Assembly: GCA_002104905.1 (NCBI GenBank)
Contig: MCFE01000009.1
Span: 201,036-265,035, forward strand
Reading direction: 5' to 3'
DNA from: Basidiobolus meristosporus CBS 931.73
Taxonomy: Eukaryota; Fungi; Basidiobolomycota
Length of the DNA stretch: 64,000 nucleotides
A program made the position numbers and the translations under genes. The notes beneath the pieces were generated by a model. It saw nothing but the letters and a program-made list of their open reading frames with translations, was not told where the DNA came from and made no database searches. Of the stretch, positions 34,255-46,593 are shown in pieces (position 1 is the first letter of the stretch; every line of letters begins with the position of its first letter).

Positions 34255-37200
34255 ATATGTGTTGCAGACAAATAACGTTACCATCGGTCAATTGTTATAT
34301 CCGCGTGTCGATATGTATTCTTTGCCTAGTAAGTTGGATAAATGTATCATTCCAAGTACAGGCCACAAACACAAACCAGCAATTACATTGCAGAACGACC
34401 GTCAATGCGCATCATGCCCGAGCAGTAGTCATGGATTCGAAGTATCATATTTACTGGATCGAAACCAACTGTATTGTAAAATTAAACTGATGCTTGCTCG
34501 TGATCAATTCGTATCAAAGCCCTTGTAGATTACTGGATTGATACGGATCTTGATGGGTTGTTCCAGATTGAAAATAAACCAATGTGTGTGGTGTGCAATA
34601 GCTCCAATAGCTGCATTGATATAGAATATCGCTGATACTCGTCCTTTAATAAATTGATGTAGCATTTCACTATAGATTCCAGACCCATAAAAGAATTATG
34701 TTAGTGGATCGCGGACTCAAACTCCAATCAACTGGCCTCTAGAAATATATCATACCAAGTGGTCAATAGAGAGGCTATTGGGAAGTGTGTTAACTGGAGA
34801 GTGAAGTTGAGCGGCCGCCTGTCATCTGTGTTGCATATTCGGCAATGGTTTGTCCACTCGACACCATGAGGAGTTGAATCCTTGTTTGGAAGAAGTGATT
34901 ATCCGCTTTTGGTATTAGCGTGCTCCAAATCTCTAAACCCATTTCCACTTTCGCGTGAGTAGGCCTCATACAGAGCTTGTTCATGTAGGGGTTGGTGTGG
35001 AAATATGTACCAATAGGTATTCCGGTGAGCATCTGGATCGATGGATTCTATCCATTTGGTAACTCTCGGGGTGAGTGAAATGCCTTCTTTCGGATTTACA
35101 TATATTCCATGGCCAGATTATACCAAAAAGCACAAGTTTGCACTGCCGAAAATCTCTATTTATTTTTTGTAGGTTGGAGTAACACCCCAGGGCTAGGCGT
35201 ATTATCAGTTGAAATATTTTATGGCTTTACCGGTTTTAGATAGGAACCAACAGGTTGTGTACCGGGATTGGTGCAAGGTGGCCGAGTACACCAATATCAA
35301 GAGTGGATAATCACCTTCCTCGAATAGGGATTCTACTCCCCATGGCGTCGAGTGGGCAAATCAACAGTAATAATAATAATCAAATATGCAAGATATATAC
35401 TAGGTCAACACTTGGGAGAAGTGTGCAGGAAATTGGTGGTAGTGAAATCAAATGGAATTTGGCAATATCAAATATCCGAGCTTCCCCTGTGGGATTTAGT
35501 GACCTGGCTTAAGAAGGGTCGGAAGTAGAGGAAGGGATAATGTATTTTGCTCCTAATTTATTCGTAGTCTTACTTCGCTAATTAAAGATTTTTGATGAAG
35601 ACCATGTCAATGCAGCAGAAATCCAACTCGAATTAAGCCTCCAATTTCTCAATAATGATTATAATTAGCCACCATACTCGAGTCTGTTATTACATGGAAT
35701 ATGCTGGCTTTCATATACACCATTTCTATGATTAGTTTAGTTGACTTCAAATGAGGTATGAATACTTTCAGGAGAACTTCGATAAACCTGTTGGGAGACC
35801 ATTGGAATGCCATCAAAACACCATTAAACTTTTGACTGCAAAAGAAGGTACAGGCATATCCACCAGTCCTAGTTGACAAATTTGATAAATTCTTAGGTAC
35901 CAGAGCTTAGACAATGTTGTCACTAGACTTTAATGGTATGATCTCCGTATCCATCTTGCTGTGCTCTTCTTGATTCAGTCGAATATGTTGCCTAGAATGC
36001 TGGCCAATGTTTCGGTTCAGTCAGTAATAATAATGTGACTAATGTTTCGGTTCAGTCAATAATAACAATGTGACTAATGTTTCGGTGAAAGACATAAATA
36101 GCTGATATCTTGGTGCACCATACAAGTAATGAGGGTTGAGTGATATGTATTGCATTCATAGTGCTTTATCATTAAACCTTGATGGACCCAAACCATATAT
36201 ATCTCATCTGATGGATGTAAGTGTAAAAAATATTGGGATTTTTGGTAGTTAGACCTAGCGCCACTTTGAAACAATCCTATTTATATAGCTGTAGTTACTA
36301 AATGGGTACTATTGGTTAGCGCAGTACATACTGCTTGTATTTAAAATGTCTCCGGTGGCTCCTTTACTCAGCCGACCCTCATAACGAAACAGACACTTGA
36401 TTAAATCCAGACACTATCCATAGAGCAACTCATTTTTGGCTCTATCAAATCCCAATTCGGCGATGATAAGCAACATTGATGGAATTGATCGAAGCTCCTT
36501 GCGATAGAATCAACACTTGGCCACCTGAAGACGTGGCAAGAAAGGTGTAGGCGTATAAACCATCGCCACACCTGTATAGGCGGTTCCATTAGAAACCAGT
36601 AGTAATGCGAGGGTATATATTATATACATGCGCAGCTATGGTGTAGCTTTGCATCAACGACAGCGACTTCTATATTGTCCATTGGCAGACAAAGGTCAAA
36701 TTCAAAATCCAGCCATTCCATGGGATTAGATTAGCCAATTTCAAATCGCTTCAATATTCGGGTATTTGTAGCAAACGTACAAACAAATAAGGCCCGCTGG
36801 TCTAAAGACGTTTGGCCATCATCATTCTACTTCGGAGAGGAGGATATCCCCAAAAGTCTTATCCTCAGCTATTATTTAATCTGGTGAGGAGCGATTCCCG
36901 AAATGGCTTATCCGAGAGTCATATCGATAACTCCTCGACCATTTGACAATTTGAGAACATTGGTCAAGACAGCATTTTATGGTTAATCTTCGACCCGGTT
37001 CGAGTCTAAGTACTCTATGTTTTCCAATTTTGCTGAATTCATCAAATGGTCAAATATTCTTTATCCAGCAACATAACAAAATCTCAACTACCGGCAGCTT
37101 GGATTATTGGAAGCATATGATATGGACTATTGGTAAGGTACTCATTGTGATGAAGAAGATGGTTACCATATCATCGCTTACATATCAGGTTTAGTTGCTC

Positions 37201-37330
37201 TGCTGTACTACACGCTGTAACCTCACTTGAACAACAAGTGCACCATCATATGTTTACTCACTAGGGTGTACAGAGACACAACCAACTTAGCCATGGTATA
37301 AATTACTCGCTCACATTGAAAGTTACTCGG

Positions 37331-37754
37331 AGATAAGCGTGCTAAGTTGGTATGTTCATCAATAATACAGACTGATGAAATTACCACATCGCTCTCAATT
37401 GCACTATTGACTCTCTGATACGTGTGGAAACGACTCCAAAAAGGAGGAGTGATCTGCTTGAATGGGATGATAGCTCGGAAATGTACCGTGGTGATCAACT
37501 TGAACGGGAATGTATCGTAATATACTTCTCACCAGAAATCCTTGGTATACATCAGATGAAGAAATTTCCATTTGTGGCATATCGAGAAACAAAAGACACC
37601 ATTGAATTTCCTAAAAGGTTCTAGTGCATGGGGAGGATGTATTATAGCGCATAGGTACAATCTCGTATCTCTTATCTCATCCAAAAGGGAAACCGACAGA
37701 GACTCGAAATGCCAGCTGTCAATGGAGCACGATTGATGTAGGCCCACTATAAAT
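37331..37754 (+). promoter_or_regulatory. Two GATA sites plus TATA upstream of Fet4 copy A, conserved in copy B (46178-46572)
   Basis: AGATAAG at 37331 / 46178, CTTATCT at 37671 / 46521 and TATAAAT at 37748 / 46566 are kept in otherwise diverged promoters. Fungal iron-uptake genes are commonly repressed by GATA factors (SreA/Fep1 type). Confidence 0.45.
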
Positions 37755-37774
37755 AGCCCATCTCGCACCAGTAC

Positions 37775-39361
37775 TTGTTCATGCCGAGCGACATGAATTC
37801 TGAGAAAGCCACCACCCATCGCGAACAGAAGGGCCTTCTGGGCAAGGTCTGGAAAAGATTATGCGCCCCCGGAAAACATTATGCCGTTCGTGCAGCAGCA
37901 GTAACCCAGTCAGTTACCATTGACAAGTCGGAGGCAGTGACCGTAATCGGGGAGATTTTGCCAGCCAAAACACCTCTACCAGAGTCGGACTCTCGCAGTG
38001 ATATCGTGTTTGAAGATCAGAAGCAAATCTCCATGGGATCTCGCTTTTTTGACTACATCACCAGCTTTGCCGGGTCCCGTTTCACATTCATCGTGACACT
38101 CTCGGTCTTCTTCGGGTGGGGAATAGCTGGTATTGTTCTCGGTGCGCCACAGAACTGGCAGATCGCCATGTCGGATGGTGGTTCCATTCAGTGCTATATC
38201 TCCGACTCACTGCTCATGCGCCAACAGCAAAACCAATGCACCCAGTTGTTGACCATCATAGCTCAGTTGCGCTCAAGAAACAAGACATTCAAAAGGCTGT
38301 TGAGTAACCCAGAGATAGTCAGAAAAATCCAAGAGTTGAAGAGCCAAAATCTTCAAATGCCCCAGGACCATATTGGTAATGGCGCCAAACTCCCCTTGGA
38401 AGGCTGGTTTGACAAACTCTGCAGCTGGGTCTCATGGCTCATCGGGTCGATCTATTCCCAAGTATTCTACTGGGTTGCTATTTTCGTCTGGATTGGCTGT
38501 GGTTATATCGACGATTGGAGTAACTTGTGGCAACTCTACATCAACACTGCCTCCGCTGTCCAGCTCAGCTTTACCTCTATGTTCCTGCAACACACCAGAC
38601 GAATCCACATGGAATATTTCGAAAAATGCCTGAAATCAGTGGTCGAGGCGGATTGCGAGGTGGAGAGTCTCCTGCGCCAAGTCACCACTGACTCCGAGTT
38701 AAACCCGATGATTGAAATCCAGCCCCTCAGAACCGGGTTTGGGGTCAGAGCCATTGACTACTACGCAGATCTTGTTGGTTCTGGTGTGGGAGCCTTCATC
38801 TCCACCTGCGTCTTTATCGTCTGGCTGGCCATCGGAAATGTGATGGACTGGAACTCCAACTGGTGGCTTATTATTGGTACATACACCGGTTTGATCGGCT
38901 ACATCGATGGATTTATGTTGCGAAACGTGTATTTCCGTCAAGACACCATTATCAACCAACAATTCCAAGAGCTAATCGACGAAGACTATGAGATCTTCCA
39001 AAAGCTCAGCGTAGAGGTTCCAGAAGAGCGCCTGGTCGACGACAAGTCTCTGATCTACAAGATGAGCCACTTCATGGGCGTTGTTTGCTCACATCCCTGG
39101 TCGGTCTTGAGTTCGGTTCTTATCACAATCGGTTTGATCTGTGTTGCGAGTGGAATGCTCTGGAATGAAACCGGTCAGTTAATCTGCAACACGCCGACAA
39201 TGATTATCGAAGGTTTCCTGTTCAACGTGCTGATCCAGGCCCACAATGTGGCCGACACCAAGAGACGTGTCGTGATTCACAACGTTCTCCTGAGAAGACT
39301 CAAACTGCTTCAGTATGTAAGACCACTTAGTGATGACTGCGAGAAGAAGTTGGTCGAGTAG
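37775..39361 (+). CDS. FET4: Low-affinity iron permease, Fet4 family, copy A (intronless, 528 aa)
   Basis: WQIAMSDGGSIQCY..DSLLMRQQ, WQLYINTA, WWLIIGTYTGLIG..DGF.LRNV and QLICNTPTMIIE...LIQAHN match the repeated Fet4 iron-permease motifs. Confidence 0.88.
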   Translation: MFMPSDMNSEKATTHREQKGLLGKVWKRLCAPGKHYAVRAAAVTQSVTIDKSEAVTVIGEILPAKTPLPESDSRSDIVFEDQKQISMGSRFFDYITSFAGSRFTFIVTLSVFFGWGIAGIVLGAPQNWQIAMSDGGSIQCYISDSLLMRQQQNQCTQLLTIIAQLRSRNKTFKRLLSNPEIVRKIQELKSQNLQMPQDHIGNGAKLPLEGWFDKLCSWVSWLIGSIYSQVFYWVAIFVWIGCGYIDDWSNLWQLYINTASAVQLSFTSMFLQHTRRIHMEYFEKCLKSVVEADCEVESLLRQVTTDSELNPMIEIQPLRTGFGVRAIDYYADLVGSGVGAFISTCVFIVWLAIGNVMDWNSNWWLIIGTYTGLIGYIDGFMLRNVYFRQDTIINQQFQELIDEDYEIFQKLSVEVPEERLVDDKSLIYKMSHFMGVVCSHPWSVLSSVLITIGLICVASGMLWNETGQLICNTPTMIIEGFLFNVLIQAHNVADTKRRVVIHNVLLRRLKLLQYVRPLSDDCEKKLVE

Positions 39362-41889
39362 AGTGCCCAGCTGAGAAACTTCCATTTGTGTATATAACTT
39401 AGAGTGAAAGTTATTCTTTATAGATCCATGTTTGTTAATAAATCCAAATTTCATCGAATAGAATCTCAGATACTCCATTAGCATGAGCTCGCGTTGGACG
39501 CGGATCAGTAAATCATCCTCCAGCGTCACTTGATATTAGGATCGAAGAATACTGAATCCTGCTGAATGGTCATGTATTACTGCAACGTGAGAGATTTGCT
39601 GCTTGGTATTTTATAACCTACAAATGAATACAAAGCTTGTAGATGATCACATTCAGCCCTATTCAAGTGGCGTATTGCTAAAGTAGACATTGGCGTCTTG
39701 TACATGCATGTGAGGTAAGCTGAAAGCTTGGTATTGGTGACAAGATCCAAGCTTATCACATAAATTGTCCAAGGAAATACTAGGCTGAAGCCGTAATATG
39801 ATAATGACTGCTTATGTTGTATCTGTTAATGTAGAGGACATCTAGCTCTATCTGTGGAAGATGCTTCACAAGAGGAGCATAACAAGGGGTTGATCCATTC
39901 ATCTTAAGCTTGAGGTTATTAGGTATATTACAGGGAAAATTGCACATACATGCATTTTTAGCATACTATAATATGACCAAGCCATATACAGGGAAAGCTG
40001 AGATTCAAAGCTCTGTAAATAAAGCGGATAGTTAGAATTGTGAGGGAGTCGGAGGTATTAGCAGTGATTGATGGTGGTTGGGAGAAAAAGCAGATAATTT
40101 GATTTTCACTCAATGATTTATTGAATGTAAATGTGGTATTTATACTCTTACATTATCTTGATAAAGAGCAAGCACAATGTATTAGACAACGTCTCAAAAA
40201 TATGTAGTCTTTTTCGCTAGACCCTTGGGTAGATAGGGGCTAAACCAAAAGCAAACTTAGGGGAGTGCCACAGCTACGAATCCACTGTTAACACCAAGAT
40301 ATGAGAAAACCCGCCGCATACTTTGAGATATACCAGGCCCAGCTGGAACAAATCATCGTCGTCGTTAAATGATCACTGATTTGTTGGTGGTCAGCAAAAA
40401 TTATTCTGACTAGATAAGCCATACCAAGCGGAGATGGAATCTTTGGAAACCAGTAACGTATATATGGATATATGAGGGAATCGCCGTCACAAAGGATCTC
40501 GTTGGATCCACGTCTAGCTTTCGTTCTTGTTTCGGATACTCATCCGACTCAGCCGATAGTCCATCTTAAGAAACCGAAACGCTACACCCCGGGGGTACGA
40601 TTGGAGCGCAGGAGGCGGTAGCGAGAAATATACAAACAGCAGGTGGTCACCATTGCTAAGGCATAAGCGTCCCCACTCTCCAAAAACTTCTCCTGGAAGC
40701 TGTATCCAAAGTCTGCCCTGCTCGGTATCTGACTCACTTCGGTAGGACTCCAAAAGTTCGAAGTCTGCCCCATATCCGTCTCGCTTTGATGAACTCTGCT
40801 CCACGACGTGGTCCCTGCGAGTGCACCTTAGAGATCTTCCTTCAGGTTCTTATTGTAAGGAACTTGATTCTGTTGTTAGGAATGCTCCTGTATGTTTCGG
40901 TGCAAAGACATGAATAAATGGGTTTCTCGGTGAAAGATAATTTTCTTTGGCATTACAGGTGCAACGAAGGTTTAATCCTGGTTTATCCCAGTGTTTCGTT
41001 TAGTCTAACGGATAATGTTCTCTATCCATCTCGCAATGATGCTTCCACCAGATATCTTTTATTTGGAACTTGGCTGATGGTTTGTTCACTGGGCACACTC
41101 GGCATCCGTAGTCGAGGGTTGTAACTGCCCACTCCTCATAATACTCTGCTAACTTCCATCAGCAACTGCTACTCAGTTGGGAATCCCTACGATGAACCAG
41201 TTGTAGCATGCACTTTGACACATCGGTGACTTCTATCTGTATCCGATCTATGCTGTGCTACCCGTGTAGAAACTCTCTTCAGTAGGCTACAAACAACCCA
41301 AGTCACTGGTGGGGGATGCATCTTATTTGTTGGGTTGTATATATATGGCTTCTCTTGCTTCTATTTGGCAAAAATCGAACCCAATTATATTATCCGCATC
41401 AAGACAGCCTAGACCTGCTAAACTCCCCACCGATAGAAACCAAGTTGGAAATGGGTGATACAAACTTTGCAACACAGCAAGGCAGCATATACCTGCTGAA
41501 CTCCCCACCGATGGAAGCCAGATTGGAAATGGTGGACTCCACATAAGGACTTTTTATTTCCAAATGGGGCCATTTTCAAGCAGATATAATACAATCAGTT
41601 ACTCTGTCGGGCTATTGCTTGCCGTCGGGTGTATATGTACCCGGCATTGGTTCCCGCTGTATATAGCGTTCATTTTCGTACGGGCTTGGATTATAAGATG
41701 GAAATGAGCTATGTTTCAAGATTACAATACATAGCACGGCTTTGAATTACAACCACTGTGCACCGCACCAGTATCTTTCCCTTATAATGTGCAAAGCGGT
41801 TGTTACGGTAGGGGGTATTGTTCAATATACTACGTGTTAAATAGGTCTAATATTTCACGAATCATTGGCCAAGAGAAGATTAAGCAGGT

Positions 41890-42880
41890 ACAAATTTGGA
41901 AGAGCACATACCCTTAGCCTCCCTTATGTGAATTAATCAATACAAGTAATCTCCACGAATTGAGTATCTATGTCAAAGGCTTACCCATTGAAATAGAAGC
42001 TGCTGATACCCGAAAGTATTTCTCTATAGAGGGGGATGCTAGTATGTGCTAAGTGATGAACGTCAGCACAAATGGCAGAGTAGAAGTCCCTATAGTTGTA
42101 TTTAGCCCGCACTCATCTCCAGATTTTATGAGCCGGGGTCTTCATCGTGCTAATATGGGGGAGGAATATAGATTTCTTCGGATGTATTTCCCCACCATAA
42201 CTTCTCAGCAACTGCAAAGCCAAGAAAGAGGTGAACACGTGGAGTTGTCTTCCCGGTCTGAGATCACTTGCATAAGCATGGAAGTATTGGTTAACCGCTG
42301 CAGATTACTCAGTGTTTGGAAGCCATCCGCACTTGTATCGTCGAAGTAAATGCGGAGAGAAAGCTAATATTTTTCAAATTTCACCACTCGAACGACGGCT
42401 ATGGGATTGGTGGTTCGAACCATTCCAAGATACTCTTGACCGTATAACGTGCTGCGGATTTATTTCTATCCAGATCTATTCCACCCTTCCCATCGAAAGC
42501 AATCGAGGGACTTGGCTGTTGATCTTAGGCTTGCCTGGTAGGATGCTTGGTCAGCACGCAGAAATTATCAAGGTACGATTTAACACACGAGTGGGCTGCG
42601 TTTCTGAATGATCTTGATGTAGGGACTTCCAATAATGTACAGATGAATATGGTGACGGCCAAAATCTTTATCAAAGATCCCTTGGCCTATACCTACGAAA
42701 TCTTACCAGTGCTTGAAATTGACCTGACCGACTCAAGGAAGCCTCATGGAATGTATGTGGACCTATCGCGCATACATATCACCCAGCAAGCTGCACCTCT
42801 TGCCTCCATCACTGGAGCCATCAGGCCGAGTGTTAAGGCATTTTCATCAATACCAACAACACTTCCTCCAAGTCACCTTT
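41890..42880 (+). pseudogene. RdRP pseudogene (5' part only)
   Basis: Aligns to 30890-32170 with stops and frameshifts and an internal deletion (~31410-31680 missing). It then jumps directly to the sequence found at ~34430, so the whole DxDGD catalytic region is deleted. Confidence 0.88.
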
Positions 42881-44422
42881 GGCATTTTCATCAATACTGA
42901 TTCGAGATGCCAGAATTTCACTGGATGGGAAACAACTATATTGGAGCATTAGACTGATGCTTGCTCGTGCCCAATTCGTACTGAAGCTGATGCTTACCAT
43001 AGCTCCTAGAGTACTGGATTGATACGGATCATAATAGAGGATTGGACATCAATCAATGTGTGTGGTGTGCAAGATTGATCTGGAATATCGTGGATACTCG
43101 TCTTCGAATAAACCGATATATCATATCCTAAATAAATATACTAGTCTCCGAATAGTTTTCTATTATCTCGTTCCAGTGGACTGCAAAAACTATCGATCAC
43201 AGGCCTAAAGAAAGAATTACGGAAGTGGATTGCGGACTCAAACTCCAATCAACTGGCCTCCTTAGATAGACCAGACCGAGCACTGATGTTTACATTGAGC
43301 TCATTAGTCACTCCTCATTGCGGATCTCGAATTGCTCATATTGTGAAACCTCATTTCGATCCTGGATTACACAGCTCAAGCGTCAAATGATGTGCGCCAA
43401 TAATGGGAGCGGATAAGTCCTCACTTATAACTGGAGGCCAAATCGCGAAATGAATAGTATATAAGGGGTAGGTTGTTGCCATTGCTGAAGTGTAAACATT
43501 TCACCTCTCTAAAAAACCTCTCCGGGAAGCTGGATTCGAAGTCTGCTCCTTATCCGTTTCACCTTGGTGACCCTCTGCAACTAGGGAATCTTCAATAGGA
43601 GCTGCTCCACCGCGTGGTCCCGTAACCAGGGTCTGCTGTTGTACGTACACCCTAGGAATTTCCGTCAAGTTATTTTTGTGCGGAGTTTCATTCTGTTCGG
43701 AATGTTGGTGAATGTTTGTGTGCAAAGACATGAATAAATGGGTTTCCTTGGTGATTTCGTTGTGTTTACCATGTAGTATATTGGTCTTCAAGTTCGTTAG
43801 CATTAATTGCCTTTATTATGGATTCGGTAGGATTATCCAACCTGGACCCGCCGTTTTTCTGCTAAATTCTCGTTGATATCAGCCGAATGCAGCAGTGTCC
43901 GGATCTTTACATTCATATTGGCAAGCTGTAATAATTATAACCCCGGGTTATCTATGCACTTGCAGTACGAGTTTTGATATCCATGCCATAAGATAGATTG
44001 CGCTACCACTAATGATTCTAATTCAAACCAATACGCAGTCTTCACTGATAAACCTATTATTCTGGAGTAAGTCTCTCTACAATGCAGAAGGTATATCACC
44101 TTTGCAACCACGACCCAGTACTGGCATATCGTGAACGCCAGCCGTACTTGTGCTACCTGGGTAAAAATGAACGCATGAAGGTGGCTGAAACGCTAAGACA
44201 CTGGTGGCGCAATGTTCAGAAGCGTTAGGTTGACTGAAGCGTGTAGTTGTTATCTATGTTACATATTGGGTAATGGTTTGCCACTTGACATTATGGGGGA
44301 TGGAGTCCTTACCTGGCGAAAGTGAATATCTGATCTTGGTATTAGTGTACTGCTCCAAGTCTCGGTACCCATTTCAATTTTCACATCAGTGGGCCTCCTT
44401 TGGCACTTATCAACAATGCAGG

Positions 44423-44516
44423 GATTGATGTGTGGTATTTCAATAGGTATTTCGGTGAGAATCTGGATTGATGTGTGGTATTTCAATAGGTATTTCGGTG
44501 AGAATCTGGATTGATG
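44423..44516. repeat. 43-bp tandem duplication
   Basis: GGATTGATGTGTGGTATTTCAATAGGTATTTCGGTGAGAATCT twice plus a partial third; single in paralogous copy A (~34990-35040). Confidence 0.8.
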
Positions 44517-46593
44517 GATTCCACTGTCAGCGGCATATGCTGAGTCAACCAATAGACCTCAATTGGTAATCCTTTTGGACTTGTGCTTTTTGGTATAATC
44601 TCACCTTGAAATATATACAAGTTGGCATTTCGACTAAGACACCAATACTATATTGATAAACATGTTGGAAAGATTTCAGACGCTGCATTCTAGATCAATC
44701 CAAAGCCATTGTGTGGAGAGCAAACATAATGGTAAAAAGTAGATCAACATGACCCCGTATGGGATGACTGGATAGACCATATCAGGCATTGGTGTGAACT
44801 CATATGAATGCTTAGTAACACCTCGGATTGATCTTGGTTGTGAGTGATTCATGTTGTGAGCGCACATCTCAATCACTGGACGCCCAGCTGTACATCGTAA
44901 AATATATTAGGAGCAGGTTGTTGAGATTGTAAACGTGTTAGCTACCTCCTACACTCCAGAAACTTTCCGTCTCACTTTGGTGAACTCTGTCTGTAAGCGT
45001 ACCCCTGTACTCTCTATGCCCAGAATCTGGTTCCGTCGGATATATCGTACAGAATGTTTGCTAATGTTTCGGTGGAAAGACGTCAACAAATGATTCCTCG
45101 GTGGATTGGTTTTATTTAGCGAATGATATACAAGTAATGAGGGTTGAGATCCAGAGTTACATGTGTGATGTGCTATATTGCATACATTGTGTTTGATGCC
45201 ATCAGTAACTCCTCGACCATTGGTAAAGACAACATTGGATGGTTAATCTTCGATCTTCCGCCCGATATGGGTGGATTAGAGCTGACTCTAACAAATGAAT
45301 TGACATTCAGCATCTATCACCATAGCGAAGTCTCGATGTTGCTTACTTGGTCCAACAGAAGAGTAGCGCAACTAGCGGCGGATTTACAAATCCCCATTTT
45401 CTCTCCATCAAAGCTATGGAACAAATGAAATCATGGGGATAAGTATTTTGTTACGGAGCATATTACGCCAACTGATCATTCAGTCTCTTGTGCAAGTTTA
45501 TGGTCTTGAATGCGTGATCGTCTAGAGGTCTTCCGGTAATTCGTTCTAGTTTCCAATGGATAGCCATGACTAAATAATATCCACACAACTGCTTCTTATC
45601 GGCTCTCTTCTTACCTAATTTGGTGGTGATTAGCAAGTCGTTCGACCAAAATAGCAACTTTTACTATAGTTATTCCCTGGAACAAGAGTATCCATGATTA
45701 GCTGAAAATATACCACGCAACCAATGCAGCAAGCTCATTGTTCCTCTTCGGAGAAGAGGAATCCCCCAAAAGCCTTATTCTCAGCCACATACCGAGAATC
45801 CTATCAGTGCCTCCTCGCCCATTCGACAGTTTTAGATATTGCACAAGACAACATTGTATGGTTGATCTTCGACCCGGTAAGAGTCGAAAGTACCTTTTGG
45901 ATGTTTCCTATTTTAGCTGAATTCATCGAATGTTCAAATATACTTGTCCGACAACATAGCGAAATCTTAACTACCGGCAATTGGAAGGGTACTCATTCTG
46001 ATTAATACACAGGGTGTAGCCCGCGCAGTTGCATGACCAACGTAATTTAAGCTCTAGCCTCCCGATTTTCAACAAGTGTATATGTGGGCCCATTGAGGTA
46101 CACAACTGCCTATAATATTTTAGAGGCACAGCTAACGCACCCAAGACACATCTTGCTCGCCCACATGTGATTTTCAGAGATAAGTGTGTTCTATGGGTAT
46201 CATGTGTGCCAAGTAGGTATATCTATCAATAGAGAATGGCAGAATCGCCCCATTGCTCTCAACTGCACTATTGGTTCTCTCGTACCTATGGATTCTAAAG
46301 AAAAGCGATCAAACCAAAAAGGGATGGACTCCCGATGAGGGGGGAGTGATCGACTTGAATAGGATAGTATTGTAATATACTTCTCACCCGAAATCCTCGG
46401 TATACATAAAATGCGACTATTTCCATCTATGGCATATCGGGAGCCTAAAGGAACAACTGAATAGCCTAAAACGCTCTGGTGAATGGGGAGGGTGTACACT
46501 ATAGTGTCAATCTCATTCCTCTTATCTTAACCAAAATGCTAGTTGTGAGTAGAGCACGATTCATGTATAAATAACACATCACGCAGCCAGTAC

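Noticed and set aside
36006-36090. 35-bp tandem repeat (about 2.3 copies)
   Set aside because: Local slippage duplication, single in the paralogous block; no further signal.
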